DNA from: the human T2T-CHM13v2.0 reference genome, Homo sapiens
NCBI RefSeq assembly: GCF_009914755.1
Contig: NC_060942.1
Length of the DNA: 64,000 nt
Reading direction: 5' to 3' (one strand)
Positions 37,726 to 51,164 of this stretch are shown here, piece by piece. A program made the position numbers and the translations under genes. The first letter of the stretch is position 1, and each line of letters starts with the position of its first letter. Under the pieces are notes generated by a model. It was not told the origin of the DNA. It saw only the letters and a list, made by a program, of their open reading frames with translations, and did no database searches.

Positions 37726-37805
37726 ATTCCTCAGCAGGAAATGGGGTCCTCACTAAAGCTACAGTTCCCATTTATGCAACAGGAGTCCTTACGTGTTATA
37801 TTCAG
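37726..37805 (+). CDS. RELCH: RELCH coding exon (DSSAGNGVLTKATVPIYATGVLTCYIQ)
   Basis: aattttag / CAG|gtaagg; 80 nt, phase 1-0. Confidence 0.95.
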
Positions 37806-38197
37806 GTAAGGGAAAAATTCTTACTCTCTAGTAAAAGGCTTTCCATTTAGAAAAATGCCTAGTATTGTGTCTTCTTAATGTAAGTGACATTGCTACCAAT
37901 AAAGAAAAACAATTTACTTATTTTATTCAATAAATAATTTATAATGGATAGCATATTTGAATAATAAGGGCCTGAGTAAAACCTCAGTTGAACAAATAAA
38001 TTTAGAGATTATGAGCTTTTTGATATTTTGTTAGAAGTGTTAGATTGTACTTACTTAGCAGAGTTTCTTTGTGTTCCATGATAAGTTTTTCATAGATAAA
38101 TGATAAGCAGAACACATACGTTAGGTGAACTAAGCTACAAAGCACTGTAGAACACTATACCTTATCAACATTTTTAGCTAAGTACTTTTTAATAAGG

Positions 38198-38785
38198 CAG
38201 GTTGAGTATCCCTTATCTCAAATGCTTAGGATGAAAGTGTTTTCAGATTTTGGATTTTTTTTTTCAGATAAAGGAGTATTTGCATATACATAATGAGATA
38301 TCTTGGGAATGGGACCCAAGTCTAAACACAAAATGTGTTTCATATACACATTATACACATAGCCTGAAGGTAATTTTATACAATATTTTAAATAATTTTG
38401 TGCATGAAACAGTTTGTGTACATTGAACCATCAGAAAGCAAAGGAGTTGCTGTCTCAGCCACCTATGTGGACAATCTGGTTGGTTGGCATCACGATCATC
38501 ATTCCTGACTTTGCATTTATATGCTACCAATAAGCAATCATTTTCTTATACTTTTTCACATGTAAGTACTTAACAATAAGAAAATATGACATATCATCAA
38601 TACAGCGAAAAAATAATGTGCTCAGGGTAACAAAGCACAGTAGCATCACCAGAATACCTGTATCATCTGTTGAACAACAGCCACAGCAAATGATGACAGG
38701 CTTTCACACACAGTATCAGTTTGGTACTCACAAAGTTTCAAATTTTAGAGCATTCTGGATTTTCAGATTAGGGATGCTTAACCTG
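38198..38785. mobile_element. Tigger4/MER46-like TcMar-Tigger element
   Basis: TIRs caggttgagtatccct ... agggatgcttaacctg followed by TA. Confidence 0.85.
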
Positions 38786-38789
38786 TACT

Positions 38790-39245
38790 TTATTTTTCTT
38801 AATTGTTACTGCATAACAAACTACCCCAAAACATAATGGTCTATTATAACTGTTTCATTTGCTCATGATTCTGCAATCTGGGCCTCACTCAGCTTTCTCC
38901 TCTTCTGCTGTTTTTGCTGGTGGTCACTTCTGTTGCTGCAGTAAGTGGGTTAGCTGAAGAGGTCTCTACATAAGTCTCAGGACCTCTCTCTGTCTCCACA
39001 TGGCTTCTGAAGCAGCAGAGCCAGACTTATCACATAGTGGCTAACGCCTCCCAAGAATGAAAAGGCAGAATCTGCTAGGCTAAGGCTTAGGCCTGGAATT
39101 AGCACAACATGGTTTCTACTGCAGTCCCTTGCTAAATAAGTCACAGGCACAGCTCAGATTCAAGCAAAAGTAGGGAAGTAAGCCAGGGTGTGAACCAGGA
39201 GGTGTGGTTCAGTGGTGGCCACCAATGTAACAGGCTGCCACACTC
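38790..39245. mobile_element. MLT1 (MaLR) LTR
   Basis: tgcataacaaactaccccaaaac..tttgctcatgattctgcaatctggg..aagtcacagg. Confidence 0.7.
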
Positions 39246-39497
39246 TACTTAACATTGTTTTAAGTAAATAACATATGATGTGTCTCAAAGCAAAGTAGTA
39301 ATTTTTAAGTATGAGGCAGTCCCACCAGTAAGGTGGAAATACTGACTCGGGATAAAGCACTTTTAGAAGTTAGAATGTAAGAATGAAGAAGAAACACCTT
39401 TTCCAATGGTTTCCTGAATTTTTACCCACTACTAACTTATTTATTTTGCTCTTTAAATTCAAAGTACAGCAATTCATATTTATTGTACTCTTCTTTC

Positions 39498-40822
39498 TTT
39501 TTTTTATTTTTATTATTATACTTTAAGTTCTAGGGTACATGTGCACAACGTTCAAGTTTGTTACATCGGTATACATGTGCCATGTTGGTTTGCTGCACCC
39601 CTTAACTTGTCATTTACATTAGGTATTTCTCCTAAAGCTGTTCCTCCCCCTGCCCCCCACCCCACAACAGGCCTCAGGGTGTGATGTTCCCCGCCTTGTG
39701 TCCAAGTGTTCTCATTGTTCAATTCCCACCTATGAGTGAGAACATGTGGTGTTTGGTTTTCTGTCCTTGTGATAGTTTGCTCAGAATGATGGTTTCCAGC
39801 TGCATCCATGGTGTATATGTGCCACATTTTCTTAATCCAATCTATCATTGATGGACATTTGGGTTGGTTCCAAGTCTTTGCTATTGTGAATAGTGCCGCA
39901 ATAAACATACGTGTGCATGTGTCTTTATAGTAGTATGATTTATAATCCTTTGGGTATATACCCAGTAATGGGATCGTTGGGTCAAATGGTATTTCTAGTT
40001 CTAGATCCTTGAGGAATTGCCACACTGTCTTCCACAATGGTTGAACTAGTTTACAGACCCACCAACAGTGTAAAAGCGTTCCTATTTTTCCACATCCTCT
40101 CCAGCACCTGTTGTTTCCTGACTTTTTAATGATTGCCATTCTAACTGGTGTGAGATGGTATCTCATTGTGGTTTTGATTTGCACTTCTCTGATGGCCAGT
40201 GATGATGAGCATTTTTCATGTGTCTGTTGGCTGCATAAATGTCTTCTTTTGAGAAGTGTCTGTTCATATGCTTCACACACTTTTTGATGGGGTTGTTTTT
40301 TTCTTGTAAATTTGTTTGAGTTCTTTGTAGATTCTGGATAATAGCCCTTTGTCAGATGAGTAGATTGCAAAAATTTTATCCCATTCTGTAGGTTGCCTGT
40401 TCACTCTGATGGTAGTTTCTTTTGCTGTGCAGAAGCTTTTTAGTTTAATTAGATCCCATTTGTCTATTTTGGCTTTTGTTGTCACTGCTTTTGGTGTTTT
40501 AGTCATGAAGTCCTTGCCCATGCCTATGTCCTGAATAGTATTGCCTAGGTTTTCTTCTAGGGTTTTTATGGTTTTAGGTCTAACATTTAAGTGTTTAATG
40601 CATCTTGACTTAATTTTTGTATAAGGTGTAAGGAAGGGATCCAGTTTCCACTTTCTACACATGGCTAGCCAGTTTTCCCAGCACCATTTATTAAATAGGG
40701 AATCCTTTCCCCATTTCTTGTTTTTGTCAGGTTTGTCAAAGATCAGATGGTTGTAGATGTGTGGTGTTATTTCTGAGGCCTCTGTTCTGTCCCATTGGTC
40801 TATATATCTGTTTTGGTGGCAG
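39498..40822 (-). mobile_element. 5'-truncated L1PA (ORF2 C-terminus plus 3' UTR) with an 18-bp TSD
   Basis: ORFs 40273..40842 and 39561..40370 match the L1 ORF2 C-terminus; TSD ttatt(g/a)tactcttctttc at 39480-39497 and 40823-40840. Confidence 0.96.
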
Positions 40823-42418
40823 TTATTATACTCTTCTTTCAAGACAAATTTGAATCATCCTGTAGTATTAAAATACAGTTATACAGTATCACATATTACC
40901 TTGCAATAGAAGTTACAGCTCTGTTAAAGTGGCACAGTATCCTTTTAAATTTTTCTTTTCTACACTAGTTTCTAATACTACCCTGATATGGATACTTTTC
41001 TGTTTGTAAAAGATTTTAAGTCATGTATGTTAATAAATTGTCTCTATTGTTCATAAATTTGTGGAGATCAAAGATATTAAGTCCTAACAGTGCTAGACGC
41101 AACAGTATGCCTACCATTCTCTAACTCTGGAAAGTGTCCTTGTATAATGTGCGATGTCAGTATTTTATTCTCTCTCTTTTTTACCCTCTTGAAGTTTTGT
41201 TAATATTTTTATTTTGACCATAAATAACATTTTAAATCATAATAATTAAATGCCAAGAACAAGGTTTGGCTCATAATAGGCCCTCAGAATAGATCTGTTG
41301 AATAAATGAATAAGGGGCATTTCTTTTGAGTCATTATGAAGTCTAAATATGTTATTCATATCTGTAAAGAGATAAGAACTTTTCAGCTTATTACAAAATA
41401 AATAGCATATTGAGGTAGCAATCACAGATTGCCAGTGTTTCTTATTTTAGGAAGCACATACCAGCAGTTAATGTTTATCTCACTAAACAAAAATTTTTGT
41501 TAGGGTAAATTACATTAAACAAAAATTATCTTGAATCAAATACATAAGCAGTATTACTTGTTTTGAGAGTCCAAAAATGATAAATAAGATTATAGTAAAT
41601 TTTTAAAAATCGAAAGAATTCATACTTATTTAGAAGTCTTATTTTATAGCTCTTATTTCACATTTAGGTTTTTCTCAGATTTTCAGCTTGTTTTCCAAAG
41701 TTATGTCTATTTTATATTTGAAATAGTAGGCAACTAAAAATGGGTGAAATCACCATTCCAGCGTTGTCCTGATGCTGATTTGTCAGTTAAATTGTGTGTC
41801 CTAAAACTGTTATATTCACCCTTTTTTCATGTTAACCATTACTTTTGTCAATCCTTATCTCTACTTCATTCTTAACTAACCTGATTATGTAGCAAAAAAA
41901 AAAAAGGATAGGTGGTAATCCAGTCTTCCTCATGATCTATTGATACATTCAGAAGCTATTTACTGTTGACCTTCTGTGTCCCTAATGTTGACTTGACTTT
42001 ATTATGTATTTATTTTCTGACAGACTATCAGATTCCCTTCCCATATACATTTAGGTTAATTTAACATAAAACATTATTTTTTTTACTCTCTTAATTTAGC
42101 GGGTTTTCTTTTTCTAACATATTTTCTGATTATGAAAGTAATAATAGTTCGTTGAAAAAAGTTTGAAAAACACAGATTATTTTTTAATCAAGGTGTGCAT
42201 CTGTTTCTTAAAAGAACACAGTAGTCTATATTTTACTAAGTGTGCAGTTTTCACCACTAGGATATTGCAAAGATAATTTCTTAGAAATCAATTTTCTACT
42301 ATTTTTTCTACAACGGGGTAACTATTCTAGTAGTTTGTATTATATAGAGCCAAAATTTATGGGAACAAAAATTCGTAAGGTAAATTTTAATAAAAGATTA
42401 TACTTTTTAATGTTCTAA

Positions 42419-42633
42419 ATCAGGACCAAACATCCAAACTTTTACAGTGACGGAAATAATTTACAGCTGAGTTGTCCAATCAGCTAGGCACTTGCCACGT
42501 GTGTCTATTAAGCCTTTGCACTGTACCCAGTTTGACTGAGGAACTGAATCTTTCACTTTACATAATTTCTTATTTAAATTTAAATATAAGTAGCCACATG
42601 TGGCTAGTGGCTACTACTATATTAGACCACAGG
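42419..42633. mobile_element. MER3-like hAT-Charlie MITE
   Basis: tgtccaat..gccacgtgtgtctattaagc..tgactgaggaactgaat..gtagccacatgtggctagtggctac. Confidence 0.75.
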
Positions 42634-42836
42634 TCTAAATTAAAGTATCAAGATAGTCTGTCTTCATACCATTCTGATGATAGATATGCTTAATAAATAT
42701 CTTTTAATTAAAATAGCTTCCAAATTTGGATATTTTCCCCTTATTTGGTAACATTTTCTAATTATAGATAGGTAAATATGGTATTTAGTTCTACTTGATT
42801 GTTTGGAAATTCAGTATCAGTATTTTTCCTCTGTAG

Positions 42837-42943
42837 GAAGAAGACCGAAAACTGTTAGTTGGATTCTTAGAAGATGTAATGACGCTGCTTTCATTATCTC
42901 ATGCTCCTCTTGATAGCCTGAAGGCTTCTTTTGTGGAATTGGG
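42837..42943 (+). CDS. RELCH: RELCH coding exon (EEDRKLLVGFLEDVMTLLSLSHAPLDSLKASFVELG)
   Basis: ttcctctgtag / GG|gtaaga; 107 nt, phase 0-2. Confidence 0.95.
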
Positions 42944-43771
42944 GTAAGAAATAACAGCTTATAGTTTGCTAAAAGGCATATAAAGTTTTTAGATTGGATT
43001 TATAGAGTACATATTTTAAGTCTAAAAGAGTTGACATGCACACCAATTCTCTTGGTTTTGAAACTTAAGGGTTTTTTTGTGTATTTTAGTTTGTTTCTTG
43101 GTTTTGCTTATTTGTTCATTCTTAATATTTTATAATCAATACATTGTAATTTAAAAAGTAGGGGAAAGGGTGCAGACATATGTTTTCTTTGAAGCAGTTG
43201 GAGAAATAAAATGAAGTACAGATTTGAAGAAAATTTAGTTTCCCAGAACTGAAAAAGGAGCCCCAAGTGAAAGCCAGCTTGTTTGGCTCCTGTTTTCACT
43301 GTTTGATTTGCTTAGTCCTGCTCATCATCACATCATCTGGCTGCTAAAATAATTTTATCTCAGTCTTTACTGAAAACACACTCATGCATTTGTTAATAAT
43401 ACCACCTTTCATTTGCATAGGCTTCACAGCCAACATACCCTTCCGTATAGATGGTTTGAGTTGATTTTATTTGATTCTACAACAACCATGTGACATACAT
43501 AGGACATGTACTGCTTCCCCAATTTTTATAGATGCAGAAACCAAGACCCACAGAAGTTGTAATTTACCCACTTGACTCTTAGTCCAGTGATCTTTCCTTT
43601 TTCCTCATGGAGAAATTTGTTTCTTCATAATTTTAACTTGCATGCTATTAAAAAGAGTGGAATTATCTGTCACAATTGTGAATTCTTAGAGAAGTTACAA
43701 GTGTGATTTCTGAATATGCTAAAAGATTGTGGTTGTATAAGGAAGGTGACATCTTTTTTGGAGAATCTTAG

Positions 43772-44071
<300 letters not shown>

Positions 44072-44230
44072 GAGAATCTTAGTTGTAACCTATGTAACCA
44101 AACAAAGTAATTCCATATGTTCTGCAAATATTATTATCATTAATATTCCTTATAAATATCGTGTTTTTCAGTTCACTAGTAAGGGACTGTGGCTCTCAAT
44201 TTTAACACTGTTTTTTTTTTTTTCTTCTAG

Positions 44231-44330
44231 TGCAAACCCAGCCTACCATGAGTTACTATTAACTGTTTTGTGGTATGGTGTTGTCCATACTTCAGCACTC
44301 GTGAGGTGTACTGCTGCTAGAATGTTTGAG
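44231..44330 (+). CDS. RELCH: RELCH coding exon (ANPAYHELLLTVLWYGVVHTSALVRCTAARMFE)
   Basis: poly-T ttcttctag / GAG|gtatgt; 100 nt, phase 2-0. Confidence 0.95.
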
Positions 44331-45029
44331 GTATGTCAACACATGCCTCTGTTGGTTTCAATTATAATGATTTTTTTTTTTTTTGCGAAGAAGAAGGGAA
44401 TTTTTTTTAATAAAAAGGCTTTGCATATCATGTTATGTTGATATATATTTTATGGCTTTGAACAGTGTCTGGTTGTGTACTGTGTGATGGGGCAGAAATT
44501 TAGCTTTAACATATTTAAAAATGTTTTCTCAGCTTACTGGTTCCTTGAATGTTATTCAATTATCACTTTTATTTCTCAAACTATCTTTTAAATCTTATTT
44601 TAATTTCTAACTTATATAACTCTTTCTGACTATACTTTTTGATTTACTGAGGTAAATAAACTGAAACAACATAGGATATCTTTCAAGTTGTAAAATATAG
44701 TTGAATTTATCAGTAGCATTAGAAAATCAATTATTGAAATTATGGAAATGTTTATTTTATTGGTTACTCCTACGTCACTATTCCCTAACATTTCATATGT
44801 AGAATAACATCCCAATACATTAACTGCCCATAGAGTTGCAAAAGAGAGGAGACCAGGTAATTTACCTAAATTGTACTAAATTGCTACCTACCCAAGTTAA
44901 GTATGAAATTGAAATAACTATGTTTTGTACCCATCATATAGCAAATTATGTCATAGCCCTAGTATGTGTGTAGGTGGGGAGCAGTGAGGTTGAGGTTTAG
45001 AACTTTATTTGAGCACTAAAATTGGTTTA

Positions 45030-45310
45030 CTGTTTCTTATTGATTTCCAGTCTTGCAATAAATCTAGGCTGCCTTGGTTCAGTTTCCATCTCTGCTACCT
45101 AGTGACTTTGTAAATTACTTGGACAAGGTTGAGCCTCTCTGTACCTTAGTTTCCTCATGTACAAAAGAAAGTTGATAACAAAAAGTATCTGTCTCAAAGT
45201 ATCAGTCTCAAAGGATTTTTGTTAATATTAAACTAATTAATGCTTGTAAAGCCCTTAAAACAGTCTCTGGAACATAATAAGTGCTTATATGTTTACTGTC
45301 ATTATCATTA
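45030..45310 (+). mobile_element. MIR
   Basis: ctctgctacc..ttggacaag..cctctctgtaccttagtttcctcat..aataagtgct. Confidence 0.7.
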
Positions 45311-46769
45311 TTTTTTCCATCCATGCTATTACTTCACAAAATATATGATAGTAATAGGGAACATATACTTATCCAAATTAAAATTGCCCCAATATTCATG
45401 TGTTTCTTAAAATACCTAAACATTTATTTCTATAAAAAGAATTGGTTAATTCAAATCTTGCCGAATATCAGAATTTCTCCACAATTTAAGATAAATTGCA
45501 ATTGGAGATGGGGTACTGATATATTTAAAATATATGCTTTCTAAAATTTTCAAATACGTAAATTAGATTTGTGAATTCCAGAAAATTCCATTGTTATCAG
45601 GAAGTTGAAAATTCTCCATCCATGTTATTCCCTCAGTTATCATACAGAAGCAACTTTTAAAAAGCAGTAATCAGGTTTTTTGTGATGATGAATGCCAAAG
45701 CCACTATTTGGTTTTATGTCTAGTACAAGTTCCTTCTGGATATAAATCGTTTTGATTATTCGATATGCTGAAAAGGGGGCATTACCATGAAAGAAAAGTC
45801 ATTCATCAGTCTCTCCTCTCCCCAAAAAGAAAAAAGTATCTTTTTAAATGAAGAGCTATTTCTTTAATATACTCTCTTCCTATGATTTTATTCTAAGCTC
45901 ATAAAAGCTATTTCTTTTTCTTAAATCTTTCATCTCTAAAATGTGAGTGTGCACTGGTGAATCAAACCATGTAAATGAAAATAAGTAAATAGAATGAATC
46001 CTCCCTTTTCACTTGTTTTGAGGTTTTTTGCTTGTTTTGTTTGGTTTTCTGCCTTATTATACGTGGCTTATGTCTGGTTTTGGTTTCTCTGTTTGCTGTC
46101 AGTGCTGGTCTGGAAACTATATCTATCTATGCTTAAGCAGTTTTCAGTGTCCTCTCAGGTTGTTGATGAACTTCTGGATCTTGTTTGAGAGACTATTTCA
46201 ATGTTTTTCAAATTCATTAATGATACATTTCAATGAGCATGTCAGTAAAAGTTATCAGTAAGAGAAATTAAAGTTCCTTTTTTGTCAGTGGTTCTTATTT
46301 GAACAAAATTGTGTTAAAAGAATAATGGGTCATAAGATTTATTTTGATACTGATGCTTTATAATTTAGAATTATGCCTGCTTACCCTAAAAAAGTTAATT
46401 CAAAATAAAAACATAAAAAAAAACACATTCTTTTTTTAAAAGGTAAGACCAGAAAGAAAAGAAAATGAGAAATGAGAAGAAAATGAGGCATACATATACC
46501 AGGAACCTAATAGGGTATGGTCACTGAAATTCACTAATAAATTGAGTTTAATTTTTAGACAGCAGGACAAAAAGAGGGAACCCAATCAATCATACTATGC
46601 CCATTGTTAAATAAGGGAATATAAATTACTTTTTGAAGTAGCAAATTAATAAAATTATTTTATAAGAGGAATTTATCATGTTATAATAAATTTCCCAAAA
46701 GATGCAGAAAAGAGCTTCATATATATTTTAATCATAAGGAAATTGAACATGTAACATTAGAGCACAACT

Positions 46770-46950
46770 CAAAGAGGTCATGGACTTTAAGTCAGATGGG
46801 ACAGAGTTCCTTTGCAGGCCCTGCAACTTAGACTTGGACAAGTTACTTTCCGAAGCCTCAGTTTCTTCATCTGTTAAAATATTGATGATATTTGTACTTA
46901 CTTCATCAAGTGAAAAGATCAAATGATATATTGTGTTAAAGTGTATAACA
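46770..46950 (+). mobile_element. MIR
   Basis: gacttggacaagttactt..gcctcagtttcttcatctgttaaaat. Confidence 0.7.
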
Positions 46951-47844
46951 ATTGATAGCTCTTAAATGTACTTTGTGATTTTCTAGCTTAATAAAGAAAT
47001 TGAACTTAAAAACCCTACACCAATGAAAAATTAATTTGTCCTCTACATTACCTCTTTTTTAATGCTTTTGACAGACTCAAGATAGCAGAAATTTCAAGAT
47101 GCTGATTCAAATCTAAGCAATCTTACTTATAAAATGATACAGAGAAGAAAGTTTTATTTAACAATATTTGAACTTCCTTGTCCTATTTCTTTCTATCCAA
47201 TATCTGTAATGTTTAAGATATTAAAAGTTCTTTGTCATTTTATTCCTGGTTAATTATCTGTTTTTTTATAAAAATTATTTCAGAATATTGAAGTAGATTC
47301 TAAAATGAATCAATTGGTAAATGGTGAAAAATCATTGCAAAATTAAGAATCTTCACATAAAGTGAGTTACTTTCTCTGATGTGTTATATAGGAGGAATAC
47401 CTTCACATATGTACACAATGGTAGATTTTTGTTACAAAAAATTCTGTGACATCTTTGATCTTCTGTGAGGACTAAGTACTAGCTACTAGGTAAACAGATT
47501 GGTGAGCATTTAGGATTAATATGTGCTTACATTCTGAAATTGAGAAGGGGATTGCCCTTCTCGGTTGAACTCATAAAATTCAGTAATATTTATCAAACAA
47601 AATGTATACGGCTCAGTATTGTTCTCTTGTATTGCAATTTAGCATTGGTTGCTAAATGAATTGTTTTGTGATTAGATTATAGAGATCTAGTTCTACTCAT
47701 CTTTTTTATTTTACATTTTATTTGAATTTATAAGAAATCTAAAACAAAGACCTATTTAGATATTAACTGAAGTTTTTTAAATTAGATCATTTCTTCCAAA
47801 CATATTACAAATCATATATTCTTGCAGTAATCAAAATAATTAAA

Positions 47845-48075
47845 CTCTCATTTCTTGAATGCCTGTTTGTCAGGCACAGTATTTAGGTATGTTATTTGCA
47901 AATTCATAGCACAACAGCCCTTTGAGGTAGATAATAATATCACCATTTTCAGATGAGAAAACTTGCGTTTCAAGAGGTTATGGAAAATACTATGTATCTA
48001 AGACCACATGGCTTATATGTGGAGAACTGACGTCTGAACCCAGATCTGATTCCCAAGTGTAATACTTTCCAATAG
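47845..48075 (-). mobile_element. MIR
   Basis: caacagccctttgaggtag..ccattttcagatgagaaaact..gaacccagatctga. Confidence 0.7.
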
Positions 48076-48632
48076 GCAGCCTTATATCTCTGTACCTCAA
48101 AAGAGAAGGCTATATTATTTAAAAGATTAGGAATTGTCCTATATGGTTTTAAAATACACTTGCTATAGCACAATAATAAGTGGTTTAGTGGTGACTGCTA
48201 CTCCTGTGAGTTTGGTTTAAAAACAGCCCAGTTTGTACCCTGTTGGTCATGATAAAAGCATACCACCCTTACTTTGAGAATTTTAACCATAGAGCACAAT
48301 ATGTGTCAAACAAGCTAAAAAAGTATTCTTTTCAGTTGCATTTTGATGGACATTGAAATTGCTTAGACTCTTTGACCAAAAGTACAAACTGCTGTTAAAC
48401 TGGTGACAAAATCTGTTTTCATGGACGCTAGGCTACTTAAGCTTTATTTTCCTCCTAAGCATTCTCTGCCTTTGTAAAGCACTCTAGCAGCAGTATTTGC
48501 TTAGCTTCTAATTTTGGTTTTGCTTTTGTGTTTTCTCTCTTTCTCTTGGTTGTTCCTTCCTTCTTCCCATGGCGCACTGTGTTTGCTCTTTCCGTGCATC
48601 ACCTGTGAATACCCCCTGTGCTGACCAATCAG

Positions 48633-48715
48633 CTGTTGGTGAAGGGGGTGAATGAAACTCTGGTAGCTCAGAGGGTTGTTCCTGCTCTCATTACTCTCTC
48701 CAGTGACCCTGAAAT
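48633..48715 (+). CDS. RELCH: RELCH mutually exclusive exon A (LLVKGVNETLVAQRVVPALITLSSDPEI)
   Basis: ccaatcag / AT|gtaagt; 83 nt, phase 0-2; homologous to 49219-49301. Confidence 0.9.
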
Positions 48716-49218
48716 GTAAGTGTCATCCCTGCCTTTTATATTCAGCATCCCTTTCAAAATGTGCCTGTCAAGAAATAACCATCAGCTCTTAAATTTATTG
48801 AAGAATCTCTTTAAATTAATAATACTGGATTATGCTTATTTGATTTTAAACTTTATCACATTATTCTTTATATATCATGGTTCTTTTTAAATCAACCCTC
48901 ACCATAAGTGTAATTTGGAGGCCATGTATTGAAAAAATATATTAGTAACATTAGTGCTCAATAAATACTTCCAGAACCTAAAATATGCTGATGGACTGTT
49001 TCTTTCAAGCCAAGAAGGGATGCTCTCCTAATCTCACTAACAGGTTGTTACCAGTAAGTGTAGTAGCATGAACCAATGGCCTAACATTTTAATGTCTCGT
49101 GTGGATGACTAAACCAAGAAAGGCCAATGAGTCTGCCTGCCCATCCTCAGTCACAGCTAACCCAGTTCTTATTCCAGTTTACCAAACCATTTTTTATTGC
49201 ATGTTGACTGGTTTACAG

Positions 49219-49301
49219 CTGACTCTTCGAGGCATGAGTGAAGCGTTAGTTGACAAGCGGGTTGCTCCGGCCCTTGTTACCTTGTCCAGTGATCCTGAAT
49301 T
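49219..49301 (+). CDS. RELCH: RELCH mutually exclusive exon B (LTLRGMSEALVDKRVAPALVTLSSDPEF)
   Basis: gtttacag / TT|gtgagt; 83 nt, phase 0-2; homologous to 48633-48715. Confidence 0.9.
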
Positions 49302-49504
49302 GTGAGTTTCACAGACTGCGACCTTAAGTTATCCTGTCTGTCTTTTTGAGCATTCTTCTTGGTCTGCTTTTTTTAAATTTATTTAATTTGTCATTGCTAG
49401 AGACTAATACAGTATATTTACCTTGTACTTACTTTAATATACATTTTAATAATACTCGTTGTTCATCTCAAATCTTCAGTTTCTTTCTGTTTTAATTCTA
49501 ACAG

Positions 49505-49568
49505 CTCTGTCAGGATTGCCACAATTCCAGCCTTTGGCACTATTATGGAAACAGTAATTCAAAGAGAG
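49505..49568 (+). CDS. RELCH: RELCH coding exon (SVRIATIPAFGTIMETVIQRE)
   Basis: ttctaacag / GAG|gtagga; 64 nt, phase 2-0. Confidence 0.95.
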
Positions 49569-49803
49569 GTAGGAATAATTGAAATTTATTTATGTCTGTG
49601 TAATATTGATGTGATCATGATACATGTATCTGGTGGTAGGCTGCAGGGAGCATCTTACCTTTTATTTTGTGCCCTAGTTAGTTACAGGCCAGAGGAGGAT
49701 CTCACTGTGAAAACATGGTAGCCTAACCAAGGTATATTTCCATATCCTAAGGAAATCTCTAGTCTTTCCTCTCAGTCAGAACATTAAGTATAGGCCAAGC
49801 TTT

Positions 49804-50000
49804 CAGGGATGTCCAAGGGAGAGAATATAGTCATGGGTTCTTAGTTTCTCTTTCTGATTGGGCCAGTAAAGCCCCTTCCTCTTCCCTCTTTTCTACTTAT
49901 CACTAGAGACAGAAACTAAAAACCCCGGCTTCAGGCTGCTAAAAGCCTTAAACAAAACAAAACAGAACAACAACAAAATAAGGTGTATTGGACAAGCTTG
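49804..50000. mobile_element. ~200-bp hAT-type MITE (MER107-like; family not verified)
   Basis: Imperfect TIRs cagggatgtccaa ... ttggacaagcttg. Confidence 0.55.
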
Positions 50001-51164
50001 CTAGATGTTCTATTGTCAGCTGAGCTGGATGTTGCAGTTTTGAATAATCCTTCAAATCAGGTCTAGTTCCAAAGCCTTCTATTACCCGGTAGGCTTCTGG
50101 CCAATCTACATAAATTCTTGATTGCCAGTGTTGCACAGATTTGAGGACTGTTTTCCCAGATAACATCATTAGGAACACAAATGTATCTCAGTTATAAATG
50201 AAGGCAAGAGGGCACTTGTATTCTGATAACTGTGTCATTGGTATGAAGCTGTAAAAGTGATTTAGTAGACTGGTATCCTCTTGTTGCAGAGTAGATCTCT
50301 GGGCAGACCCTCTGTCATGCCTGTTTCAGGAGACCACCAAGGTCTTCCTTCTTAAAGGTGTATTTTAATTCTGAAACTAATTTCAAGTTTTTTAGATTCT
50401 ATTTGCAACACTAACTATAAGACACTTCTCAAAATTGATATCAGATTTTTATTTCTTTGTTATTATATTGGATATGTCCTTATACAAATGAAAAAACCCT
50501 GTAGATTAGCACATATATTATTTGTGGACATATTACCCAAAAGAAAAAAGTTTTAATAAAACTCCTTTGTCATATAGATTTTTCATGACAAAAACTAAAG
50601 TTTTGTTAGTTACAGAAAGAATATTTTCCATTTTTTCACTTATATATTTCACTGGTGAAGCCACAGAGGAAAAGCACATCATTCTGCAAAGCTTGCAGTC
50701 TTGGCAGAATTTCAACATGTTCTCAAAACCTAAAATAAAAATGTCTTTTAGGGAAATGTGAGTAAGATGTAAGTCATTAATGACTCATTGCTTTCAGAAG
50801 GTGAATAATTGGGTAACTTACAGTGTGATTTGTTTTAAGAATTATAATTTAGATACAAAATAATCATAAAGTTACCTACTTTTCCCTAAATACGGTGGGA
50901 TTTTTTTTCTTTTGTTGTTATAATTTGTTCAGGAATATTTGTATTTTTTAATTAAGAATTTGTAAGCATAAGCAAAAGTAGGAAACCTTCTCTGAGCCAA
51001 AAGATTAAATAACTATTTATTTAATTCCAAATTTCTACTGTCATTGGACTATAGGTTGCTTTAATCCACTGCTTTAAGTCATGTTTAATGTGTGTCTTTC
51101 ACTTTAACAACACTACTCAGTTTTCAATATTCTATGAAATGACTGTACAATATCCAATTTTAAG

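Noticed and set aside
39561-40842. Longest ORFs in the track (269 and 189 aa)
   Set aside because: Frameshifted L1 ORF2 remnants of a 5'-truncated element, not a host gene.
51099-51164. actttaac before the weak AAG acceptor as a possible U12 branch point
   Set aside because: It lies about 55 nt from the AG, and the matching donor (gtagga) is U2-type.
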